Assembly (NCBI GenBank): GCA_036268455.1
Contig: DATAUD010000119.1
Location: 21,155 to 85,154, forward strand
DNA from: Verrucomicrobiia bacterium
Lineage (GTDB): Bacteria > Verrucomicrobiota > Verrucomicrobiia > Limisphaerales > Palsa-1400
Direction of reading: 5' to 3'
DNA length: 64,000 nucleotides
Part shown: piece by piece, positions 54,179-62,528 of the stretch
Layout of the letters: every line of letters begins with the position of its first letter
Position numbering within the stretch: position 1 is the first letter of the stretch
Notes under the pieces: model-generated
Database searches by the model: none
What the model was told of the DNA's origin: nothing
Seen by the model: only the letters and a program-made list of their open reading frames with translations
Translations under genes and position numbers: made by a program

Positions 54179-55540
54179 ATGGACTTCCTCATCATAGATG
54201 ATGATAAAACGTTCCGTGATGCGACGCGATTGGTCGTGGAAGGGGCTGGCCATTACGCTGAAGGGGCGGCTTCGGGCGATGAAGGTCTCGCCCTCTTGAA
54301 ACAGGAAAAATTCGAGGCCGTTCTCCTGGATGTTCACCTCAACGGTGAGAACGGACTGGAAGTGCTGCCGCGAATTCAGGAACAGAATCCTGGCTTGCCC
54401 GTCGTGCTCTTCACTGCCGAGGGCAACGTCAAGACTGCCGTTGAAGCCATGCGGCTGGGCGCGGTTGATTTCCTGGAAAAACCCTTTCAACGGGAGCATT
54501 TTCTGGCCGTTCTGGCGCGATTGCAACGGCTTCGCCAGATGGGCCAGAAAATCGAGCGTCTGGAGCGCGAAGTCACAGAATCCAAGACGAATTCTCTGGA
54601 ACCCGTCTTCAATTTCAACACTCCCGCCATGCGGGACGCGATGGATGTGCTCATGCGCGCCGCCAAAACTCCCGCTTCCATTCTCATTTTGGGCGAGAGC
54701 GGCACCGGCAAGAGCGTCGCCGCCCGCGCCATTCATCAGAACAGTCACCTGGCGGACAAGCCATTCGTCACCGTCAGTTGCCCGAGCCTTTCAAAAGAAT
54801 TGCTGGAGAGCGAGCTTTTCGGCCACGTCCGCGGCGCATTCACGGGAGCCGTCAAGGATCATTGGGGCAAAGTCAGGGTGGCCCACGGTGGCACGCTTTT
54901 CCTCGATGAAATCGGCGATCTGCCGATGGAGATTCAACCCAAGCTCCTCCGCCTCCTCCAGGAACGCGAATACGAGCGCCTAGGCGACAACTCTGTCCAT
55001 ACCGCCAACGTCCGCGTCATCGCCGCCACCAATCGCAACCTCAAGGAGCGCGTCGCCGCCGGCGTCTTTCGCGAAGACCTCTTTTTCCGTCTCAACGTCA
55101 TCACCGTCGAAGTGCCTCCCCTGCGATTGCGCCCCGACGATCTTGGTCCTCTTGCCGAACATTTCCTCCGGCATTTCGCGCAGCAATGCGGACGCAAGCT
55201 GGACGGCTTTTCTCCCGAGGCCATGGCGTGCATCCGGCGTCATCCGTGGCCCGGCAATCTCCGGGAACTTTGCAACGCCATCGAACGCGCCGTCATCCTG
55301 GCGGGCGGCGAAATGATCCTACCTCAGGATTTGCCCGCTGATTTGAGCCATCCCGATTCCGGCAATGGCAGCCAGACCGACGACTTAAAGGCGGGATCGT
55401 TAGTTTCGTTGGAAAAGCTGGAAGAGGTTCACATTCGGCGTGTCCTGGAGCGCACCGCCCGGTTGACCGAAGCCTCCGAGATTTTGGGCATCGATCAGGC
55501 GACATTATACCGAAAACGCAAAAAAATCGGCTTGGAATAG
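54179..55540 (+). CDS. sigma-54-dependent response regulator (NtrC family enhancer-binding protein)
   Basis: Trimmed to [12 protein letters not shown], 1 nt after the upstream stop. REC, AAA+ ([14 protein letters not shown]), Fis-type HTH ([20 protein letters not shown]). Confidence 0.9.
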   Translation: MDFLIIDDDKTFRDATRLVVEGAGHYAEGAASGDEGLALLKQEKFEAVLLDVHLNGENGLEVLPRIQEQNPGLPVVLFTAEGNVKTAVEAMRLGAVDFLEKPFQREHFLAVLARLQRLRQMGQKIERLEREVTESKTNSLEPVFNFNTPAMRDAMDVLMRAAKTPASILILGESGTGKSVAARAIHQNSHLADKPFVTVSCPSLSKELLESELFGHVRGAFTGAVKDHWGKVRVAHGGTLFLDEIGDLPMEIQPKLLRLLQEREYERLGDNSVHTANVRVIAATNRNLKERVAAGVFREDLFFRLNVITVEVPPLRLRPDDLGPLAEHFLRHFAQQCGRKLDGFSPEAMACIRRHPWPGNLRELCNAIERAVILAGGEMILPQDLPADLSHPDSGNGSQTDDLKAGSLVSLEKLEEVHIRRVLERTARLTEASEILGIDQATLYRKRKKIGLE

Positions 55541-55641
55541 CCATCCATCACAGCAGACCGATTTCGCGCTCAATGATGAGAATATTCAATTAAATGCTTC
55601 TTCAACTACGAAAAACATACTTCAAATAGACAATTTCCGGC

Positions 55642-56796
55642 TCACGCATCAAGCAAGTCACCGACTGATTGAAGCGCCGGCAGTCGGTCGCAGATGACTT
55701 TCAATGTCACCAATATCGGCATCGCCAGCAATCCTCCCATAATTCCCCAAAGCCACGCAAAAAACATCAGCGCCACGAAAATGACAACCGGGTTCAGCCG
55801 AAATCGATACCCCAGCAGAAATGGAGTAACAAGGTCCGCTTCCAACACGTGCCAGCAAAGATAAATCCCCCCCGGCAGCAACCCGCGCAATACCGTGTCA
55901 AAGGAAAGAAGCCCCGCAACAGACACCACGATAATCCCGGCAATCGGTCCGAAATACGGTATATAATTAACCACACCCGCCAGGACCCCCCACATCGTGG
56001 CATTGGGCATTCCCGCCAGATGTAAAGTAAATCCCACGCACACTCCAAGGCAGGTGTTGATAATGCTGACAGCAAAAAGATAACGGGAAATGTTCTGCTG
56101 GATCTGATGCGTCATCTCGACCGCTTCCTTTTTGTCACCCTTTGGTTGCAGTACACGAACCAGCCTCGGCGTGAAGCGATCTCCCGTGGCGAGCAGCAGA
56201 AACAATAACACACCCGTTTCGATGACACCGGTGAACAACGCGCCGGTCCATGTGAAGACCGTCCCCGCGATGGCGCCTCCGGCGGGAATCGGCGCGGCGG
56301 CAGGCTCGGGGGGTTTTCCCGTGGTTTTGTTGTCCACGTTTTGCACGGCGGCCATGAGCCGGGAAACAGGGCGGAAGAAACGCTGATATTTCTCCCGCAA
56401 TCGCGGCAAGGATTCCGGCGCCGTTCGCAACCAATCACTGACGGGTCGGCCAAGGTTGACCAATCCCCAACCCAGCCCGGCGACAAGGATTCCCATGAGT
56501 ATGGCGGCGGAAATCGGGGCCGGAATCCGATGCGCCCTCAGCCAGGTCATCGGGGGATACAACGCCATCGAGGCAACCCACGCGAGCAATACCGGCAGCA
56601 CTACCGATGAGGCGCAGTAGAACAAAAGAAGAAACCCCGCGCAAGTGATGATCAATCGCGTGGCGTACGAGAGCATTGCATCTGGTTTGCGGTCTGCTTT
56701 CGTATGCGACGCTTGCGAGTGGCGACGCGCGGAATGCCCATCCTCTTTTTCGATAATTGGGTGAGTCGGCGGGTCTGGCATCGTTTTGATAGCCAT
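55642..56796 (-). CDS. AI-2E family transporter (PerM/UPF0118)
   Basis: Trimmed to MAIKTMPDPP; the TAATG overlaps the upstream small gene. About 8 TM helices; the C-terminal GGLLAMPILVTLKVI pattern is typical of PF01594. Confidence 0.8.
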   Translation of the reverse strand: MAIKTMPDPPTHPIIEKEDGHSARRHSQASHTKADRKPDAMLSYATRLIITCAGFLLLFYCASSVVLPVLLAWVASMALYPPMTWLRAHRIPAPISAAILMGILVAGLGWGLVNLGRPVSDWLRTAPESLPRLREKYQRFFRPVSRLMAAVQNVDNKTTGKPPEPAAAPIPAGGAIAGTVFTWTGALFTGVIETGVLLFLLLATGDRFTPRLVRVLQPKGDKKEAVEMTHQIQQNISRYLFAVSIINTCLGVCVGFTLHLAGMPNATMWGVLAGVVNYIPYFGPIAGIIVVSVAGLLSFDTVLRGLLPGGIYLCWHVLEADLVTPFLLGYRFRLNPVVIFVALMFFAWLWGIMGGLLAMPILVTLKVICDRLPALQSVGDLLDA

Positions 56797-56942
56797 TATA
56801 CGCGTCTCCCCTGGATTAAACGAATCAATATCAGCACGATCGCCACGACCAGGAGAATGTAAATAAATCCGCCCAGCGTATAAGAGGAGACAATCCCCAA
56901 CAGCCACGCAATGATTAGGACTAGCGCGATCGTGTAAAGCAT
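56796..56942 (-). CDS. lmo0937-family small membrane protein (48 aa)
   Basis: MLYTIALVLIIAWLLGIVSSYTLGGFIYILLVVAIVLILIRLIQGRRV matches the conserved lmo0937/DUF5670-type two-helix peptide as I recall it. Confidence 0.7.
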   Translation of the reverse strand: MLYTIALVLIIAWLLGIVSSYTLGGFIYILLVVAIVLILIRLIQGRRV

Positions 56943-56957
56943 TCGTCGTTTTCTTTT

Positions 56958-56973
56958 AGCTTGTTGTGTGCCG
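56958..56973 (-). promoter_or_regulatory. weaker sigma-54-like promoter (minus sense CGGCACACAACAAGCT)
   Basis: GG and GC at canonical spacing. The -12 GC lies 16 nt before the ATG at 56942 (near-leaderless). Confidence 0.3.
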
Positions 56974-57004
56974 CGCGATCTCCAACCAAAATGGACGCGG
57001 GGGC

Positions 57005-57050
57005 TTGCAATTTGCAAATGTGGCGCTTTCCGCCGCCTTGCGGTTTGCAA
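57005..57050. promoter_or_regulatory. TTGCAA(A) repeat cluster / imperfect palindrome centred near 57028 (candidate shared UAS)
   Basis: TTGCAA at 57005-10, 57012-17 and 57045-50. TTGCAAA (57012-18) and TTTGCAA (57044-50) form an inverted repeat around the GGCG-CTTTC-CGCC hairpin. Confidence 0.35.
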
Positions 57051-57081
57051 CCGAATGCGAGGTATGCCCGCGATGCGCGAG

Positions 57082-57097
57082 TGGCACGGTGTGTGCA
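57082..57097 (+). promoter_or_regulatory. candidate sigma-54 promoter TGGCACGGTGTGTGCA
   Basis: TGGCAC-N5-GTGCA, one mismatch to consensus. Intergenic, correct orientation, 72 nt upstream of the DUF3185 start. Confidence 0.5.
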
Positions 57098-57167
57098 GGA
57101 GTTTTCCTTTTGGGTGGCGGCTCTTTCGGTTTCCTGGCTGGCATCCAAACTAAAAGAAAGGATCGCT

Positions 57168-57383
57168 GTGAAAAGAGGAATTGGATTAGCTTTGTTGGCC
57201 GCGGGCATCGCATTGACTGTGTATGGAATCAATGCTTCAAATTCGGTGGGATCTGATTTTTCCCGAATGTTCTCGGGTTCGCCGACGAATAAGACCATTT
57301 ATTTGCTGGTGGGTGGGATTGCCGCGATAGTGTGCGGCGCCGTGCTCAGTCTGACCAGCCGCTCTGGCCCACGCAGTTCTTAA
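57168..57383 (+). CDS. DUF3185-family small membrane protein (71 aa)
   Basis: GTG start preceded by AAAGGA. VKRGIGLALLAAGIALTVYGINASNSVGSDFSRMFSGSPTNKTIYLLVGGIAAIVCGAVLSL matches the two-TM DUF3185 pattern. The track ORF 56961..57383 is over-extended. Confidence 0.65.
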   Translation: MKRGIGLALLAAGIALTVYGINASNSVGSDFSRMFSGSPTNKTIYLLVGGIAAIVCGAVLSLTSRSGPRSS

Positions 57384-57396
57384 AACTTAAAACTCC

Positions 57397-57426
57397 GAAG
57401 GAACGGACACGGATGTCCGCTCCTTC
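57397..57426. terminator. bidirectional hairpin terminator between convergent genes
   Basis: GAAGGAACGGACA-CGGA-TGTCCGCTCCTTC (12 of 13 bp paired), flanked by an A/T-rich run upstream and CTTCTCTCTGTT downstream. Confidence 0.5.
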
Positions 57427-57441
57427 CTTCTCTCTGTTCAA

Positions 57442-58362
57442 CTACTTAATGTTTTGCGGCACGTTTGTGCTGTTGTAGGGCAAGGTGGAAAGACCATTGC
57501 TGGCCGTCGGTGGATTGCCGGGATGGGTTGTGTTGTAGGCCGGGTTATTGTTCGCGGGATTATTGTTGGCCGGATTGTTGTTGGAGGTGTTGTTGTTGAT
57601 GGCGCCAGGTTGAGAGGAGGTTGTGGTGCCGCCATTCGCGCGGTTTATGGCCCCAGGTTGGGAAGAAGAAACAGAAGCCCCTGAATTCACAGCGCCAGCG
57701 GCGCTTCCTGGTTGAGACGATTGGGATTGAGCGGGCGCTACGGGCTGAGATGGCGCGGTAGGTTGCGACTGCGCCCGTGGCTGGGTCGGCTGTGTCGTGG
57801 CGGGCGCGGCCGGCGCGGCTCCCGTCACAGCACCGCCAACGGGCGCGAGCAAAGCAAGCGCATTATGACTCAGCAATTCTGAATGACGTCCAATTGTCGC
57901 TCCCGGCGCTGCCGGTGTGGGAGCGCGCTGGCGTGGAGGATTTCCCGTCGAGGGAACGCCCACTGTTGCTCCCGGCGTTCTGGGCGTGATTTGGCCTGGG
58001 ACAGCCGGGAGGCCCTGGCCCGGCGGAATCGCGGAGGGAACGCCCCCCGGGTTCGCCGCCGGTGGGATGGCGCCTGGATTGACTACGGCCGGGCCGCCTG
58101 GATTGACTGGAGTACTCCCCCCCGGATTTATAGGTGTTCTGCCTGCCGGGTTCACTGGGGTTTTGCCTCCGGGCGCGGGCGTTGCTGCGCCTGGCGTGAC
58201 TCCATTCGGCGGATTTACAACCGCCGGTCCACGCGGCTGTGGCGGCAGCGGGATCGCCCGCTGAACGGGCGGAGGCGTTACCGGGTTTACTTGGGCCTCG
58301 CCCACGACGCTTATAGCCGCGCCTAAAGCCATTAGCAGGGTGGTCAGGTTTTTAATTTTCAT
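57442..58362 (-). CDS. secreted low-complexity Pro/Gly/Asn/Gln-rich protein
   Basis: Trimmed to MKIKNLTTLLMALGAAISVVGEA with an AAGGAG RBS. PxNPGG repeats, SSQPGAIN repeats, NNNPA x3. Confidence 0.6.
   Translation of the reverse strand: MKIKNLTTLLMALGAAISVVGEAQVNPVTPPPVQRAIPLPPQPRGPAVVNPPNGVTPGAATPAPGGKTPVNPAGRTPINPGGSTPVNPGGPAVVNPGAIPPAANPGGVPSAIPPGQGLPAVPGQITPRTPGATVGVPSTGNPPRQRAPTPAAPGATIGRHSELLSHNALALLAPVGGAVTGAAPAAPATTQPTQPRAQSQPTAPSQPVAPAQSQSSQPGSAAGAVNSGASVSSSQPGAINRANGGTTTSSQPGAINNNTSNNNPANNNPANNNPAYNTTHPGNPPTASNGLSTLPYNSTNVPQNIK
57538..57597. repeat. four tandem 15-nt units (coding NNNPA-type repeat)
   Basis: ggccgggttattgtt / cgcgggattattgtt / ggccggattgttgtt / ggaggtgttgttgtt, read directly. 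Confidence 0.8.
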
Positions 58363-58530
58363 ATAAATCTCCTTAATTATCTCAGCATCAGCAATGCCGC
58401 GCCCCTCGGCGGGGTTGGACCATGTTTCAGATGCAAAATGCAAATTGCCGCCCACCTCTAGTGCATGTTGCAACGGCCCGGTGGGACGCAAACTCCGCGA
58501 TTCATGCTTAAAGCGGGGAATCGCGGCCCT

Positions 58531-58546
58531 TGGCATGGGGCTAGCT
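58531..58546 (+). promoter_or_regulatory. candidate sigma-54 promoter TGGCATGGGGCTAGCT
   Basis: TGGCAT-N5-TAGCT, with GG/GC at canonical spacing. Intergenic, correct orientation, 77 nt upstream of the OMP gene. ATGCAAA x2 (58431-44) and TTGCAA (58468-73) lie upstream. Confidence 0.45.
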
Positions 58547-58621
58547 AAAACCGCGCTTGGTTCGACGCCCTTCCATTGTGGGACGAGGGAGCGAACAAAA
58601 CGCTGACTTGACAACAAAATT

Positions 58622-59197
58622 ATGAAGACATGGCAAAAACTGACTGTAATGGGACTCATTGCTTTAATGGGATCGTCCACTTCGATCCAGGCTCAAACCG
58701 CGACCGCAACCACCCCTCCGCCCAATAATCAACCCAGTCCTCAAGATACAGATCTTCTCTACCACGCCCAGGAGTGGTCGGTTGACCTTTTTGGAATTGG
58801 CACCGTGGGCGAGCATACGCTCGAGCATTTTACTGATCACAATATCCGGCATGATGGGCGTTTGGGATTGGGAGTAGGCGCAAACTACTTTCCCTTCCGT
58901 TATTTTGGCTTCGGAGTGGATGCTTATTCGGAGGGTACCGGTGGTTGGGTAGTCCAGGACGTCTCGGGAAGTTTGATTGGCCGGCTGCCTATCGGCAATT
59001 CTCCATTTGCGCCTTACGCTTTCGCGGGCGGCGGTCGCCAATTTGAAGGCTGGCGCCAGTGGGAGGGCCATTTGGGCGTGGGGTTGGAAATCCGTTTTGT
59101 TCAGCACGTCAGCTTTTTCCTGGATGCCCGGTACGTGTTAACGCAGAATAGTCCCAATTATGGCCTTGGCCGCGCTGGATTTCGCTTCAGCTTCTAG
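58622..59197 (+). CDS. small outer-membrane beta-barrel protein (OmpW/OmpA-barrel-like)
   Basis: Signal peptide MKTWQKLTVMGLIALMGSSTSIQA; alternating amphipathic strands; C-terminal GLGRAGFRFSF with terminal Phe. Confidence 0.7.
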   Translation: MKTWQKLTVMGLIALMGSSTSIQAQTATATTPPPNNQPSPQDTDLLYHAQEWSVDLFGIGTVGEHTLEHFTDHNIRHDGRLGLGVGANYFPFRYFGFGVDAYSEGTGGWVVQDVSGSLIGRLPIGNSPFAPYAFAGGGRQFEGWRQWEGHLGVGLEIRFVQHVSFFLDARYVLTQNSPNYGLGRAGFRFSF

Positions 59198-59289
59198 CGG
59201 AGGGAGCGGCGGCTTCGGGGGGGGGTATTCGCCCTATTGTCGCGAGCCGCCGCGATGAATAAGTTTTTGTCCGCTTGAAATTGTAAACT

Positions 59290-59295
59290 TAAAAT
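59290..59295 (+). promoter_or_regulatory. possible sigma-70-type promoter (TTGTCC-N17-TAAAAT)
   Basis: -35 at 59267-72 and -10 at 59290-95, 16 nt before the yciE-like ATG. Hexamers only moderately good. Confidence 0.25.
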
Positions 59296-59311
59296 ATAAC
59301 CCGAAAAGATT

Positions 59312-59839
59312 ATGAGCAAATTACGCGAAACGTTTCTTGAAGAGGCCGCGGACATCTATGATGCGGAGAAGCAATTGATAAGAGCGCTGCCAAAAATGGC
59401 CAAAGCCGCCGAACACCCTGAACTTAAGGAAGCTTTCGAATCGCACCTGTCTGAAACAGAGGAGCACGTGCGAAGGCTGGAACGGATCTTCGAGATTTTC
59501 GGACACAAAGCCAGGGCGAAAAAATGCAAGGCGATGCAGGGTTTGGTCGCCGAGGGTGAAGAACGCATTTCCGATGAAGCCGGTGACGCCGCCCTGATTT
59601 GCGCCGCGCAAAAAGTCGAACATTACGAGATTGCCGGTTACGGCTGTCTCCGCACATGGGCGTCGCTCCTTGATGAAGAGGAGGCCGCCGATCTCCTTCA
59701 GGAAACATTTGATGAGGAGAACGCCGCCGATGAACATTTAACCTCACTCGCGGTCCAAATGATCAATTCGGCCGAGAATGAGGCTGAGGGCGAGGACGAA
59801 ATGGAGGAAGCGACCGCGCACAAACGCGGAGCGCACTAA
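59312..59839 (+). CDS. ferritin-like DUF892/YciE family protein
   Basis: LEEAADIYDAEKQLIRALPKMAKAAEHPELKEAFESHLSETEEHVRRLERIF...AAQKVEHYEIAGYG is the characteristic YciE pattern. Confidence 0.85.
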   Translation: MSKLRETFLEEAADIYDAEKQLIRALPKMAKAAEHPELKEAFESHLSETEEHVRRLERIFEIFGHKARAKKCKAMQGLVAEGEERISDEAGDAALICAAQKVEHYEIAGYGCLRTWASLLDEEEAADLLQETFDEENAADEHLTSLAVQMINSAENEAEGEDEMEEATAHKRGAH

Positions 59840-59863
59840 GGGAACGTCCTGGGGAAAGCAGGA

Positions 59864-59895
59864 GCAGCGTCAATATACTTGACGCTGCTTTTTTT
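59864..59895 (+). terminator. rho-independent terminator
   Basis: GCAGCGTCAA-TATAC-TTGACGCTGC (10-bp perfect stem) followed by T7. Confidence 0.75.
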
Positions 59896-59902
59896 CGCCA
59901 AG

Positions 59903-61198
59903 TCAATGCCCCGACTGAGTCTGTCCGCGCGGCTTCGCCGCAGCGGCGGCGGCCGCCGCAAAATCTATTCGCCCCCAGCCGTAGTACTCATTCCAAGGGC
60001 GCTGGCCTAATTGTACTGACGTCCGCTTCAAAATATCAATCGCATCGTCCGGACCAAGCGCGGGGTTGATGCTGAAGAGCACCGCAACCACGCCGCAAAA
60101 TAACGGGGACGAATAACTGGCGCCGCTGCCGTAGGCGTACCCTCCGCCGGTCGCTGTGGAATAAATTTTGTAGCCCGGCGCGGCGAAATCAACGTGCGGG
60201 CCGAAATGAGATTGCAGGTTGTCCGCCGCGTCCGTCATGGAAATGCAGTAAACATCCGGCTGGTTGGTCCAATTGAGGCGGCCTTTGCCATCCCCGGCGG
60301 GCATCGCAAGGATGCCCCTGGCTTTGGTCTTCAAATACCGGCCCGCGGCTTCCAGCGTCGCTGTATTGGCGCCAGTCCAACTGATGTTCACCACACGCGC
60401 GCCATGATCGGCGGCCCAGACTGTCGCGTTGTACATTTCGCTGATCGCCCCGTTGATGGAGATGGGAAGGATCGCGCAATTTCCGGCGCCGGCCACTCCT
60501 TTGCCGTTGTTGATGACGGCCGCGGCCATGCCGGCGCACATCGTGGCGTGCCAGTTGCCGGGGCCGGGCTTGATGGGAGCATTGGCGACAATGTCCCAAC
60601 CAGGGACGGTGTTTGCGGCAAGGTCCGGATGATCGGTTTGAAACGGTTTGTCCACGATGGCGATGCGGACGGAGGGACGGCCCAAACCGTAATCCCATGC
60701 GCGATAACTTCCAATGACCTTATGGTGCCACTGATTGGTGATCTGCGGATCGTCCGGCACAAATTGCGGGCTTTCAAAAATATCCAGTTCGGCGAATTCG
60801 ACATCGGAACGGTGTTCCAGTTCCCGCACGGCCTCGCTCTCCCGCATTGCTTCGACGCGCAGGGCGTCCACATGCTTCCGACCTCGAAATTTCACAAGAA
60901 CGCATTCGGGATTGAACAATTCGATTTCGTGATCGCCGGGATTTTGCGCGCGGCCAAAGTAACCGGTTTGAAAATGGATGTGGGCGAGTGTGTTGGCTTC
61001 CGGCAAGGGGATTGCCTTCGCGGGCAAATCCGACGCGCTCAGTTCGTCTAACAAAACCAAGTCGGGAATGAGGCGTCCGGGGATTTCGCGGGGCGGATTT
61101 TGGTCCCGCAATTGCGTCGGGAGATTCTCCGGGTGCGACGCAAAACGAACCGCCAAGCCCAAGGCCAGCATCAAGGCCAATCCTGGAAGCCATTTCAC
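59903..61198 (-). CDS. secreted S8 family serine peptidase (subtilase) with I9-like propeptide
   Basis: Signal peptide. Catalytic D (IAIVDKPFQTDHPDL), H (NWHATMCAGMAAA), S (GSGASYSSPLFCG). Confidence 0.85.
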   Translation of the reverse strand: MKWLPGLALMLALGLAVRFASHPENLPTQLRDQNPPREIPGRLIPDLVLLDELSASDLPAKAIPLPEANTLAHIHFQTGYFGRAQNPGDHEIELFNPECVLVKFRGRKHVDALRVEAMRESEAVRELEHRSDVEFAELDIFESPQFVPDDPQITNQWHHKVIGSYRAWDYGLGRPSVRIAIVDKPFQTDHPDLAANTVPGWDIVANAPIKPGPGNWHATMCAGMAAAVINNGKGVAGAGNCAILPISINGAISEMYNATVWAADHGARVVNISWTGANTATLEAAGRYLKTKARGILAMPAGDGKGRLNWTNQPDVYCISMTDAADNLQSHFGPHVDFAAPGYKIYSTATGGGYAYGSGASYSSPLFCGVVAVLFSINPALGPDDAIDILKRTSVQLGQRPWNEYYGWGRIDFAAAAAAAAKPRGQTQSGH

Positions 61199-61230
61199 GG
61201 TATATAATCTGACTGGCCGAAAGCCGGTTC

Positions 61231-61611
61231 CTACAAGGTAAACACTTTAGCCGCGAGCGCGATGCCTTGAGCCATTGCGCCCACCACCTGGTTGGCCAAG
61301 GCAATCTTATGTATCCAACCGTTCACTTGCACCTGGACGGAGTCCAGCTTGGTATTGACTGCGTCCACGTCCGCTTTCAGGGCGACATATTGCGGCGTCG
61401 CCGATTCTATTTCGCCCGCCTCCAACGTGGTGAGTATGTCAAAAATCGCCTGCGAAAGACCGTTAAAGGCGTCCTTGGCGTCAATAGTCGTCGCGGCCCA
61501 ATAGGCGTCGTCCAACAAGTCGTGGAGTTGCTCCAGGCCGTCTATGTAATCCTTGAGGGCTTGGGGGTCGAGCGGTGCGGATGTTGGGGTTGGAGGCGCG
61601 GGGTCTGGCAT
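61231..61611 (-). CDS. hypothetical all-helical protein (126 aa) with Pro-rich N-terminus and hydrophobic C-terminal tail
   Basis: ORF with coding-like composition, 8 nt downstream of the preceding gene and 32 nt upstream of the subtilase. No family recognised. Confidence 0.5.
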   Translation of the reverse strand: MPDPAPPTPTSAPLDPQALKDYIDGLEQLHDLLDDAYWAATTIDAKDAFNGLSQAIFDILTTLEAGEIESATPQYVALKADVDAVNTKLDSVQVQVNGWIHKIALANQVVGAMAQGIALAAKVFTL

Positions 61612-61619
61612 AATAAGCG

Positions 61620-62528
61620 TCAGTTATTAGTTCCTAGTGAGCTATAATATTTGCTGATTCTTTGTGCTTGATCGCGGAAGTCGTCAATCAGTTCACTGGC
61701 TTTGACCTTGTCTTTGGTAAAGACGTCGTCCAGCGAGGCGTGCGCGACAGCGAGATTGCTCACAGCCGACCGCAGCGATAATATTGTCGAGTCAGCTTTG
61801 TCAACCGAAACCGTCAAGTCCTCCAGGTTTTTTAGCTCTTCGCGTCTTTCCGGCGGGCTGAGGCGCGGCCAGCTATGAATCAAAGCATCGTCATCATTCT
61901 GCCGCGTTTGTTTATACTCGGCCCTTAACTGGCCGTGGATTCTTTGCAGATCGCTCGATAACAGACTGCAGATGTCATCGACCGGCTTTCTCATCGCAAT
62001 AATGGTCTTTTTGGCCTCTTTGGATTCCTTTCGCTCTATGATCCAATCCGCCACGGTATTCAATGCCGTCGTGAAAATATCGATCTCCTGCGGCGTGACC
62101 TTTTCGCTCGTGAGAAGAGACGCCGTCACCAGGTTTGTATCCAACTTCTGCATGGCGCTGGCAAACTTGTCGGTTGCCTGGTCGAGATTCGACTCGGAAG
62201 GGTTCCCGCACAACACTGAAAGCTTTGCCGCGTACAATTTCAGCACATCCAGCACGTCCAGTCTGGCCTTGATGGCGTCCGCCGACAGAAACGGCTGAAT
62301 GTCCGCCGGATTAAACGCCTCAATATTGGTTTGCAATGCGATCGCGCTGATCTGTTCCTCAAAATAACCGGCTTGAACCGCATCGAATGCTCCAGCGGCG
62401 CTCGTGGCGGTTACCGCCACCGCGTCCGCAAATTTTTGCACGTCAGGCGCGGGATTCGGCGACACGCACCCGAGTAATAGACAGGCTCCGATTATCGGCG
62501 CGAGACGCGCGTAATATCTATTGTCCAT
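61620..62528 (-). CDS. hypothetical helical lipoprotein (302 aa)
   Basis: Lipobox LLLGC (MDNRYYARLAPIIGACLLLGCVSP). Predicted all-alpha/coiled-coil. Lower GC than its surroundings (by eye). Confidence 0.6.
   Translation of the reverse strand: MDNRYYARLAPIIGACLLLGCVSPNPAPDVQKFADAVAVTATSAAGAFDAVQAGYFEEQISAIALQTNIEAFNPADIQPFLSADAIKARLDVLDVLKLYAAKLSVLCGNPSESNLDQATDKFASAMQKLDTNLVTASLLTSEKVTPQEIDIFTTALNTVADWIIERKESKEAKKTIIAMRKPVDDICSLLSSDLQRIHGQLRAEYKQTRQNDDDALIHSWPRLSPPERREELKNLEDLTVSVDKADSTILSLRSAVSNLAVAHASLDDVFTKDKVKASELIDDFRDQAQRISKYYSSLGTNN

Noticed and set aside
58385-58399. CGGCAT-N5-ATGCT (minus sense) upstream of the Pro-rich protein gene
   Set aside because: GG/GC spacing is right, but the predicted TSS would fall inside the AAGGAG ribosome-binding site 11 nt from the ATG. 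It is too weak to call as a promoter.
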